From: Paragordius varius
Lineage: Eukaryota; Animalia; Nematomorpha
DNA: 64,000 nucleotides
NCBI GenBank assembly: GCA_964247055.1
Contig: OZ176053.1
Span: forward strand, 2,294,001-2,358,000
Direction: 5' to 3'
Below the pieces are notes generated by a model. It saw only the letters and a list, made by a program, of their open reading frames with translations. It did no database searches and had not been told where the DNA came from. The position numbers and the translations under genes were made by a program. How positions within the stretch are numbered: position 1 is the stretch's first letter; each line of letters begins with the position of its first letter. Shown one piece after another: positions 27,688 through 39,800 of this stretch.

Positions 27688-28442
27688 ATGTATTCGCCTG
27701 AAGATTTCTTTGGTTGCTATCTATTGTATAATTTAAATCCTAAACACAAAGGCAAAACATACATTGGTTTTACTAATGATCCAAATAAACGCATAAAACA
27801 ACACAATCAAGGATTTTATTCTGGGGGTGCCAAAAAAACTCATAATAAAGGCCCATGGGATATGGTACTAATAGTTTATGGGTTTCCTAACAAAATCTGT
27901 GCTTTGCAATTTGAATGGGCTTGGCAAAATCCGAAATGTTCCAGAAATCTTAAACATCTTACTTTGTTAAAAGATAGAAAAGAAACTTTATTTAAATATG
28001 CAATCAGAATAATGACAAACATGGTAAACGAACCACCTTGGAACCGAATGCCTCTAAATATAAGTTGGTTGAATGATAATTATACGGTTTAATTAATATA
28101 TAATTTAGATTGATTTAAACAAAATACCTTCTCATATCCCTATAAAATCAGAAAAAATTGTTTTTTCTAAAACCAAACCCACGCCTTTAATCGTTCCCCA
28201 AGAGGATTTATGTTACCTTTGTAACAATTCAATAGTATATGTGATTTACTAAATTTTAGATTATAAATGATAGAATTATTTGCCCAAATACGGCATGTAA
28301 ATGCCAAACTCATCTACAATGTTTATCAAGCAATTTTTTGCAACAGAGCGGTGAATTAAACGAAATTTTGCCCATAAAAGGAGCTTGTCCTGCTTGTAAA
28401 CTCATGTTTCTATGGGGACAAATTATTCAATCTAATAAATAA
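27688..28442 (+). CDS. SLX1: Structure-specific endonuclease subunit SLX1 (GIY-YIG + C-terminal zinc finger); 3 exons: 27688-28086, 28109-28234, 28260-28442
   Basis: GCYLL...TYIGFT...RIKQHN...GGAKKT...GPWDMVLIVYGFP...ALQFEWAWQNP, then IPSHIPI and CYLC...CPNTAC...HLQCL...CPAC...WG. The last two exons join only if 22- and 25-nt introns are removed. Confidence 0.95.
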
Positions 28443-28470
28443 AATGTCCATATATAAATTTTAATTTATA

Positions 28471-30804
28471 TCACGTTTTTTCATCATTATCAGTAGTTGT
28501 AGGAATAGCATTTAATAATTCAATTTTGCTGTCAGAATCTTCCTGTTTATTAGTGTTTGTAGTTTTTTCTTTAACTTGAATATTTTTGCGTTTAGGTAGG
28601 ACACTGATAAATGCTTCAGTCCAATTTGGATTTTGTATATAATTGACTAGGATATGGAAGACGTGATCAATCGTTAGGACTTTGGTTGTTTTCATTTGCA
28701 AATATTGTGCTAAGGGTAGTTTTGCGTGATTTATCCCCATTTGCAGACATTGACTAAATGTAAAATTTCGATAAGTAAGTTTTATACAATTTAAACTTCA
28801 TTGAACACTTTAAGTTAGTCCTTGAACATTACAAGTTGGTCCGTTGACTTTTTGTTACTTTAACTTTTATCAATCAAATTGTGTATCATTCATCTATTTT
28901 ATCATTCTTTTAATCCTTTAGATATCATATAAACCATTTGCACTTCAAGAGTGTCCTTGTATATTCAAGTTGGTACTTTAATTTTTTGTTTGGTCATTAA
29001 CTTTATCAATCGAATCGTGTAACATTAATCTATTTTATCATTTTTAACCAATTTACTTTATTTATAAGCCTTTAAATGAAATTATTTTTAATGAAATGTT
29101 CAGAAATCGTATATATTTATTACTTTCTTAAAAAGGATTTTTATATTAAAAAGATTTAGCACCAAAATTAAAATATATAAGTGTAAAAACATTTATAAGG
29201 TATTAATTTTTTAAAAAGGAAAAAAATAGTTTGAAAAAAAGTAATTTTGAATAGAAAATTAGATAAAATAAAATAATACATGCAAAAATTATGATTAACT
29301 CCAGTAAAAATTTAAGGACCAACTTGAAGTGTTCAAGGACCAACTTGAGAAGTGTAAACTATATAAAAAATTGTTAAATTTATGCTTATTTTTTTGCTCC
29401 ATAATTTAAAATTGATTTAGAGTCTTTATATACCAATCCTTTGCTCGCTAATTGTAATTAATATCAAAATTAATTATATAGGTATGAGAGTAAGGGAAAA
29501 GGGGACAATTAATTGGTTATTAATACAATACGAGATTTTTTTTACGAAAACAAACAAAATTTCCATATTTTGAGTTTCTTAAACTAAATGTGGTAGCACA
29601 ACTATTTTAGTCTCAAAAAGTCATTATGACTGATTTTTGTATTTATGGTGAAAAAAATATTTTTGAGCACATAATTTATAAAAAGCGGGTATTTTTGATT
29701 AAAGTTACCTAATTGGTTATTTGTTCAAAAAATATATGTCAAAAAATCAAATAAGGTTCGATGAAATTTAACCATGGTTCCTGTTAATAAAGATTGGTTT
29801 AAAAGTATTTTATAAACATTTAATTTGATATCATAAAATATATATATCTTACTTATATGTATGGAATTTATTGCGATTATGATCAACCAAACCCCCAATC
29901 ACATACGTATGTTTACTGGAAATGGTGTCAAGCGTATTTTCAGAATCACTCGTTAAATATATGATATCAGACTTGGGGAAATGATTCATAAAATGATCTT
30001 CATATAATTGAACCTATGAAATTATTAAAATATAGTAAAAGCTATAACATAAATAGCGCATTTTAAAAGGTAAACGCTTGATTTATCTCATAAAATTAAC
30101 CAATTTTGTGCTATATAAAGAATAAAAATAAAATATACAGAGTTGCTTAAATTTAGTAGCGAAGGAATTTAGGGGTTATTGACCATGTATTTAACGAATG
30201 AGCTATATTTGAAAAAATTGGGCATAATATATTTTAGACTTTTAAAGCTTTATGTTTTCAAATTTTAATTTTACAGCAATTTTCTTACTTTCCAATTAAC
30301 GCTATTTTGTTCATCTAAAAGCGATCGAACATTTTGGCTTACGCCGGATGCGTGAAGGTTAATAGGGTTTGTAAGGCGTCTATTAATAGCATAACATCTT
30401 TGAAATTGTTTCAGGGCCTTTTTTGCTTCCTAAATAAAAGATAACCATTATTAAAAACTTGTTCGGTCATTAAATCAAACGAGGAAAAGTCAATGACGAT
30501 ATTTACTGCATCACTATTTGGTTGATTACTTTTTAATTTTTTCCGTTTAATAATTTTGCCATTTAATTTGGCAAATTTGTTTTTACGCTTTGCTCTTTCG
30601 TTCAATCTGAAAATAAAAGTGAACATTATACCTAAATTCCTTCTTGTTTGCTAGCCAAGCCATTTTTCTCAAAATCTTTTTTTGATAGGATTTTGTCTGC
30701 TTTTCGAGAATACCATTAAGGTAGACGTAGTTTTTGCGATCGTTATCATTTGAAAAGTCAATTTTATCCAGCTCCAAATTTTTTAAATCTTCAATTTTGT
30801 GCAT
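28471..30804 (-). CDS. TRMT10: tRNA (guanine-N1) methyltransferase TRMT10 (TRMT10A-like); 5 exons: 30804-30632, 30606-30459, 30429-30289, 30013-29853, 28753-28471
   Basis: SPOUT TRM10 motifs IVIDFSSFDLMTEQE...QFQRCYAINRR, IIYLTSDSENTL, YVIGGLVDHN, AKLPLAQYL...VLTIDHVFHIL...WTEAFISVLPKRK. All junctions are GT-AG and phase-consistent. Confidence 0.94.
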
Positions 30805-30820
30805 GATGATTAGTGAAATT

Positions 30821-33800
30821 ATGGATATGTTTGCATGCGGTTTAAATTCAAAAAATTTTCCGGAAAATTACAAGTATTAATTGTACATTAAATTTTAGAT
30901 TCGATTTTTTGGTTAAAAAATTTGAATTAACTGAAACTCAAAACGATGCGGAAAATATCTTAGAATTGTCACACATAGATTTGAATGCTACTTATGATGA
31001 ATTAAAACAAGTTTTGAGTTAATAATTTCTTAGATTTTAAACTTTAAAGCCTTATATGCTCAACATTTTAGTTATCCTGCAATTTTAATCAATTGTCCTG
31101 AAAATGCTCCAATTTCGATGATTCAAATATTGAATCAAATTATATATGACGATTTATTTAATGTACAAATCGTGCTTCGCTTCACATCTACCGAAAGCTC
31201 GTTTAATTATTTATCAAACGAAGCATGGAAACGGTTTTTTGTTTTTTTGAAATATAATTTTTTAGGTGGACAAAAATTATCTCACTTCTGAAAAATAGCA
31301 TTGTGGGAACTTCAAGCGTTGGGACGACTTCAAACAACATTCATTCTCAAAAAATTCAGCTTGCCTTAGATTTAAACTTTTTCAGTAAAAAGGCTCGTTA
31401 TATGATAATATTTTAATATAAAGTTTTTATTTGTTCTTTTTTTAAATTGTATCTTATAAATACAGCATCGAACTGTGAAAATGCAAACTGTGCAGGAGAC
31501 GGTATTGTAGTGCATAATCCTTCATTAAACCATACCAGTGATCCATTTGATAAATGGTTATGTGAACCAATCAAATACATTGTTGTAAGTAGCGATTGTT
31601 TTGTCCTAAATAAAAAGGGCTACCCTATTTTCCCCAAAATCCTACAACACACATTTCAAAGACTGTGTCGGGTTAGTTTTTGTCATTACTTAATAAATGT
31701 ATATTATAATAATAATAATACAGTCATTACTTTATTGTGCGCATTAATAAAAAAATGATTTTTTATATTTGGATAATTTTTTCAACCTTAAATTTTTAAA
31801 CGAAATATGCATTTTTTTTTAAAAATGACTTATTTGGACATTCATAATCAAGCATAATTTAAAAAATGTTAACGCGCAATTTATTGGCTAAAATATGTGG
31901 GAAAAAGATTTCTCTTTAATAGTTCATCCCTTATTAACGCATTTTAACTAATACGCGGCCTTTTGATTAAATCTTTTTTGACGGATTAAAAATATAACTT
32001 ATATTTAATTTACAATAATTTGCATGAAAAAAATCGAATTTATCATATAATTTATAAGATATTATTAATCTTTTATTTTTACAAATTTCATTAGTTATAA
32101 AAGTATCAAGTTTACATTGATTTTATATATATAAAACCAAAAAAAATCAGTTTTATTATTATTTTAACTTATAAATTGAATGGTGTTGCACAAAAAAAGT
32201 CGCAAAAATTTATTTCGACGAAAGATTTAAACAGGGGGAATTCACGGAAATGTCCACACAAAAAAGTTTACTATATTTAACATTTCCAAATTATAGGTTT
32301 TTCATAAATTTTTATTTTATTTATAATATAAATTTATCCAATTTTCATTCATAAGAAGAACCTATCACGACCTAATATTGTTTGCTTAAACTAATATACC
32401 CTTTTTCAGTCAAAGGCTACATTTCATATTCTCAAACAAACGCAACATTTTTTCAAGCAAACCCAACTAAAAAAATGTTGCTTATGCATGAAATTGTCTT
32501 CGCTTGAAAAAATGTATAAGCTTTCGTTGACAGTATTACAATGAAATATTAGTTAAACGACATTTCTTTTCTCGAATTTAATAATATTCATTTCAATTTA
32601 TTATAAAACTTTAAATTATTATAGATTTGCCCATACTATATATTCCAAGTGGTAGAAACCAATGATGGCACACCAATCCCCTTTTCCAAAGCACTCAATG
32701 TTTATTACGAATATTTAGAACATTTATGGAAGGTTTTTCCCCCCTCACATCATTTTATTTTTCCAGTTTTTGTTTTAAAATGAGGCTTAAAATTCAAACA
32801 TATATATATCATTTACAATTCTAATACACACCCTTAAACAATTCTAATTTACCCTTGATTCAAATTCACCCTCAAACAATTCAAATTCACCCTCAAACAA
32901 TTCAAATTCACCCTCAAACAATTCAAATTCACCCTCAAATAAACATTATATGTTTTTTTAAGATTAATAAAATTTACCTATATTTTTATATATTTCTGAA
33001 TAATAAAATTATGTTTTAAATTAAAATACGATTGAAAAAAATAATAAAGTATGGTATAAAGATATAATATATATTAATAATGACTCAATATTAATTCGAA
33101 AACATATAATTTATTTTAAGGGTGAATTCGAATTGTTCAAGGGTTGAACTGTAAATGGTATGTATATATTTATATATATATATATATATATATATAGGCT
33201 TATCATACCCAAAACCCGTATAATGAGATAACATCGGGATACGAGGATGTATTACAATACCCATTACAAGTAAGTTTTGGGCTTTTTTTTCAAATTTATA
33301 ACTTTTTTAAATTAACTTTTATAATAATTTTAGCCATTAAAAGATAATCTTGATGCCCACACCTATGCAACGTTTGAAAAAGATGGGCCAAAATATGCAC
33401 AATATGAAGAGGTAATTATATATCCAATCACACATTCATTTTAACATCAAACTTAAAAAATGATTACAAAAAATATTGCCTGAATATTTTAAAAAAAACG
33501 CCTATTTTTAAAATTGTAAGAAAAAAAACCATTAAATTACTAAAATTTGTACAAAAGTGTTAAACACTAATACAAGAGTTTATTTTTACGATATTTAACC
33601 TTAATATTATATATATACTTTTTAGGCTTTGTATTATGCCTTGCTTGACAGTGGATGTAATCAAAACGAACCCAATTCCCAAATAATGTATGTATTGTTT
33701 CATTATTTCAGATTAAATTTGAAAAATTTAAAATGAATTTTTTTTCTTTTAGAAATGTTATGATAGTTGGGGCCGGGCGTGGCCCATTAATTACCGCAAC

Positions 33801-36800
33801 GTTAAATGCTGCAGCAAGATCTCAACGCTCTGTATATGTAATTGGGGTAGAAAAAAACCCATATAGTTTTCTTAGGTATATATATATGCTTTTAAATTTA
33901 CGTATAAATTTATTAAAATAAAACAATATTATCACTTTTTTAGCAATAAAAATATACTTTTTTTTCATTCATGAAAGTACTTTTATTACACCAAAGCAAT
34001 TGTTTTCTTGTTTTTTGTTTTATTTTACCATTTAAAGATTATATGTTCATATTGCTTTTATAATTTAGTCTACAAGAAAAATTGAAGAATGATGTATTAT
34101 GGTCTAAAAATTACGTTTCTCTTGTGATTGGAGATATAAGAAATTTGAATGGTTGTCTTTTTTATCATTCCGATGCCTTAGTACAGGATGCACACGAGAT
34201 GTTACAATCTTTGGAAAAAGTAATATTTCGTGTTGAGTTTTAAGTTTTGCCAAAAATCTAATCAATAAAGCATTTGATTAGGGTGCAATTTAAATTCACC
34301 CTTAAACTTCAAATTCAATCTTAAAATATATATAATATGTTTTTGGCCTGGTATAAAACTCATCATTATTCTGAATTATTTCTTTATGACATAGCCATAT
34401 TATTTAGTATCATGTTAATTCAACCGAATTTTATTGTTTAAAATATAAAAAATATAGGATATTTCAGACATTTAAAAACACATAAATTATTTTAGGATTA
34501 ATTTGAATTGTTCAAAGATAATTTTGAGTTTGTGTTAGGAGCCCTAACAGGCGATTGTTTTTTTATTAACTTTACATAAAGACTGATGTGAATTTAAGTC
34601 AGTAAGATAGTAAGACGGTAAGACAGTAAGATAGTAAGACGGTAAGACAGTAAGATAGTAAGACAGTAAGCATAAGACAGTAAGATATTTGTATAAAAAA
34701 CATACATTCGTGATAAGTCTGCTAATAGGAGACTTATCAAAATTTCAAAGTATTATAACTTGAAAAATATTGCATCTTTTTGAATTCTGTAAACTGGAGG
34801 ATTGAAAGTCAGGTATCCTTTACAAATAATATATAGGGTTGAGTGAAAATGCCTAATTCTTTCGACACGAACTGAGTTTACTAAACTCCAAAAATTGTAT
34901 AAAACTAAAAAATATATAAAAAATCTTGGGTATTATAGAAGAAAATGGCATCTATACCATTGTTTATTATTTGGTAAATATTTTTTTTATATTTTTACAG
35001 TTTTAACAATTTATTTTAAAAAAATTGTACTTCATGGTTTTGACAACAACAAAAATAAATATAGCTAAATATTATTATAATAAATTTGAATTTTGTATTC
35101 TAAAATCAGCTTTTAACCCGATAATAACCGTTTTCCCCTAAAATTTTACATGCAGAACGATATCAGATCCAGGGAAGTTTTGGTGGAATTACTTGAAAAG
35201 TAAATTATTAATAAATAATTAAAAATTTTTAGATCATCCCTTCCATATTAATATATTAGATATATTAGTTAGCAAATCAACTATTTTTTTATTGACTTCA
35301 AGTATTTGTTGTGTGTTTATAAAATTAGTGTACATCAAATCACTAAGGGAGAGTTTTGATGTGTTTAAATATTTTTCTATATAAAATACAAAATGATGTT
35401 TAGTAAATAATAAACAAATTATCATATTCTCCAACATTACTCTATCAAAAGAAGGTACATATTTAATAATTGTATGAAATACTTTCTGTAGCCTCTTGAT
35501 CTTTTAGAGTTTTTCCAGCCTCAATAATTTTTATATTTTCTTCAATTTCACGAATATGTATGCCTTCTCCAGCCTCACGATTTTGTATGCCTTCTGCCGG
35601 CGGTGGTTGTATAATAATTTCTTCACCCTCCTCGTCCATAATCATCTCCGTACTGGAATTTATGGAAGTATTTTCATCTAGTTCCTCCTGAGCACTATTA
35701 AGATAGACAGAAGGACACTCATTTATGATCTAATTGTTAATGCCTGAGCCCATGGAATCTACATATATATTTCAATGCAAACTACTTAATATATAAGCAG
35801 CTGAAATTCGCCATCACAATCATTGGATTTATTTTTACTAAATTTATTTAAGGATAAAATTTTTTGGATATCTGTATATTATTTAATAATATTAAACCAA
35901 ACGTATCAAAATTATTGCCTTGATTTTTATGACCTTGTATTTCGCTACTGGATGAATATTCAAGTAATGAGTATAATTTTTTTTCATATTCCAGAAAAAT
36001 AGGTGGCTTTTTGTTTCCAGTTTGTTTCATTTTTTGCAACTTCTTTTTAATCGTATATTTAATATTAGTAAACATCTTCTGTAACTGTTTTAAGTTCTGG
36101 CCATCATTAACTTTTGTTATATATTCACTAAACAATAAATCCCATTGATCTTTGTGCATAACTAAACTGTTGGATTTTCTAGAATATAATATTGGAAATT
36201 TTATATAGAAAAATATTTGAACACATCAAAACTCTCCCTTAGTGATTTGATGTACACTAATTTTATAAACACACAACAAATACTTAAAGTCAATAAAAAA
36301 ATAGTTGATTTGCTATATCTAATAAATTAATATGCAAGGGATGATCTAAAAATTTTTAATTATTTATTAATAATTTACTTTTCAAGTAATTCCACCAAAA
36401 CTTCCCTGGATCTGATATCGTTCTGCATGCAAAATTTTAGGGGAAAACGGTTATTATCGGGTTAAAAGCTGATTTTAGAATACAAAATTCAAATTTATTA
36501 TAATAATATTTAGCTATATTTATTTTTGTTGTTGTCAGAACCATGAAGTACAATTTTTTTAAAAAAAATTGTTAAAACTGTAAAAATATAAAAAAAATAT
36601 TTACCAAATAAGAAACAATGGTATAGATGCCATTTTCTTCTATAATACCCAAGATTTTTTATATATTTTTTAAGATTTATACAATTTTTGGAGGTGTTTA
36701 GTAAACTCAGTTTCGTGTCGAAAGAATTACGCATTTTCACTCAACCCTATATATTATTTGTAAAGGATACAATACCTGACTTTCAATCCTCCAGTTTACA

Positions 36801-39800
36801 GAATTCAAAAAGATGCAATATTTTTCAAGTTATAATACTTTGAAATTTTGATAAGTCTCCTATTAGCAGACTTATCACGAATGTATGTTTTTTATACAAA
36901 TATCTTACTGTCTTATGCTTACTGTCTTACTATCTTACTGTCTTACCGTCTTACTATCTTACTGTCTTACCGTCTTACTATCTTACTGTCTTACCGTCTT
37001 ACTATCTTACTGACTTATTCACATCAGTCAAAGATTTTTATATGTGTATTATTTTATTAAATTTAGGATATTTTTATTTTTAAGGCAATAGTTTATAATT
37101 TTATTTTTGGAAAATTTATGTTTTACAAGCCTTTGATCACTTCACCTATATTTTATTATATTATATAAATATCTATTTTCAAAGAAACCATATCCTGACA
37201 TATTATCGCAATATCTTATGCAGTCAAGTAATGATTATAAACAACAATTATTACCAAACACATTTTGTTTTACTTCACAAAAACAACCAGAAAAAAACAA
37301 AATGAAAAATGTCAACTACGCATCATTGCAAATGACAATAACATTTGAAGCTAATATAATTGCAAGCGAATTATTGGGTAGTTTTGGTGACAATGAGCTC
37401 TCCCCAGAATGCTTGGAGGGGGCACTCCCATACTTGAAAGGTTTTATTTTTGATTTTTAACATATTTCATCTTTTTTTGCACACTCATATATATGAAATA
37501 TTTTATATTTTGTATTTATAATTTGGATTTTACTGTACTAGCAATTTTATTTTTTTTCTGGTTTTATTGAGCTTAAAAAATCTCCTTGAATAACATTTAT
37601 TTATGTTTATAATGTAGATGCCAAAATTAAAAAATAACCCAATTAATGCGTTTTACTGGCAATTTTTTTCTCTTATAGTCATAATTATAAATACTGCTTT
37701 CGGTATTAAATCATTCATAATTTAGTAAAATATTGAAGTTTGTGCCCAACAAATTTTGTGAAAAATTGGTTAGTCTTTTTTAGTTAAAACGCCTTTTTAC
37801 TTTTTTATAGCTAAAAAATTAGTGTTGTCATTTGGCTTTACTAAAATTATAATTAGCTATAGTATATGGTGCTTTGTCCACTGAATTGACTTGATCTCAG
37901 GTTTTTTGAATATAATTTTTATTAAAATTATATGATTTAAAAAAAATATATATACATATGCTGAAATTCACCCTTAAACGATTCAAATTCATCCTAAAAT
38001 AAATTGAGTGCTTTTTAAGATTAAAAATTACTAATATTTTTCATATATTTTTTACTAAAAAAATAATAAACCATGTCATATAATATATATCATTTTAATA
38101 ATTAGTTATATTAGACCAAATAGACCGAAAACACAATTTATTTTTAGGGTAAATTTGAATTGTTTAAGGATGCATTTGAATTGTTTAAGGGTGCATTTGA
38201 ATTGTAATTGGTATATGATGTATGCGAAAATAGAAAATGGTATATGTATACCTCAATCTTATACCTCTTATTTGGCACCTATTATGTCCCCTAAATTGCA
38301 TGATGAAGTAGCTTACATGGACCGTGTAAATATTACAAAGGTAAAATATAATTTTGTTTGCTTGGTTATTTTACAATTATGATACATTGTTTAATCCATT
38401 TATTTTTGAGTTTTTAAACAAAAAAATTAGGTGATAAAGAGTGTAAACTAATGCACACATATTCCTTTTTATAATGGTAGAAAGGCTGTTTTTTAGTTTT
38501 ATTACGTGTTAAAATATAAAATTGCGCTACGCGGGGATAGGCCAAACGAGTTTACCGTAAAAACTTTTGAAAAAAATTAATCTATTTGTGCTACAGTGCA
38601 ATGCTAAAATTTCTAAAGTTAAGTTTATCATTATCTTTCGAACAAATAAATAGTGTATAAGTTGAGGTTTTTCTATATGTTTTTGTGAAAAAAAAACTTT
38701 TGTAAAGCAAAAGTATTTATGCAGAACATCTAAAATAATTCTCTGTTGTTTGGTAATTCATCAACGAATATCAAGTGCCAGCACTACACGGAGAGATGAG
38801 CAGGAGTTTGTTGATCAATTATTTTAACAGCTTGTCCGCATTAATACGATTGTTCCCGAAACCTCCTATTTTTATCGTATTAAGAGAAGTAAAAAGCCAG
38901 TTTTCCAAAAGAATTTATATTAAATAGCTGTATTATTGGATAAAAGAGGCATAAAAAATAACTTTATATAAACATACACACACTAAATTTAGCCAATACA
39001 CTTTATCGTAAAGCAATTTGGCAATATTTCAAAAACTGAGAATAAAAATTAACTTACACCCTATTTTTACGCTTTATACTCTTTTCAACCTTTAATTGGT
39101 ACGCTTTATACTCTTTTTAAAAATCATTTTGTTTCTCCTAGTTATATTTCTTATTTTTCAAAATATATACTTTATCTAAAATATTTATTTATTAAAATTT
39201 TAATAATGATTATATACAATAGTTCAAAGCATATTCCTACTCCATTAATTTGTTAGTTAAACAAAAATTATTTATTTATTAAAATAATTAATCATTAATT
39301 AGATGGCCTCTTTTTAAATGTATGAAAAGATTAAAAAATTATAATTAACAAAAATTTATTTGTCACGTTTATATTTATAATATCATATATAATTAACCAT
39401 AATCATTATATATTTAACACATGAGTAATTTGTTCTATGTATTTGAGATTGTTGAATTGAACAAAAGTGCCAAGGTCCTTACCTATCATATGTTTAGTAT
39501 TTTTATTCCTGTACAAATTTTTGGTTTTTTTATCTAAAACAAATTATTTCCTTCTCCATTATTATCTGTAAAATCTTTGCTAACACTTTGATTCAAATTG
39601 GGGTATCCAAATACCCCAGGCTAAATTTAAATTAAATTTTTTAAAAAAGTACTAAAGGAAACGGTCCCATAAATTTATGCTTCTATCCTGATACATGTTA
39701 TATAAATATGCCAAAATATCTTGATAAAATTTTGTTTTGAAAAAAAAGTTCCATCTCAAACTACTTCGACGCCATTTTTATTTTAAAAAATTTTGCAAAA

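Noticed and set aside
32856-32940. Regular 21-bp repeats that could suggest a CRISPR array
   Set aside because: Contiguous tandem repeats without unique spacers, inside MITE ends, in eukaryotic DNA with no cas genes.
34841-37060. ORFs 35234-35437, 36510-36740 and 36848-37060 (LLSYRLTI repeats)
   Set aside because: Translations of palindrome arms and the 8-nt subterminal repeats, not proteins.
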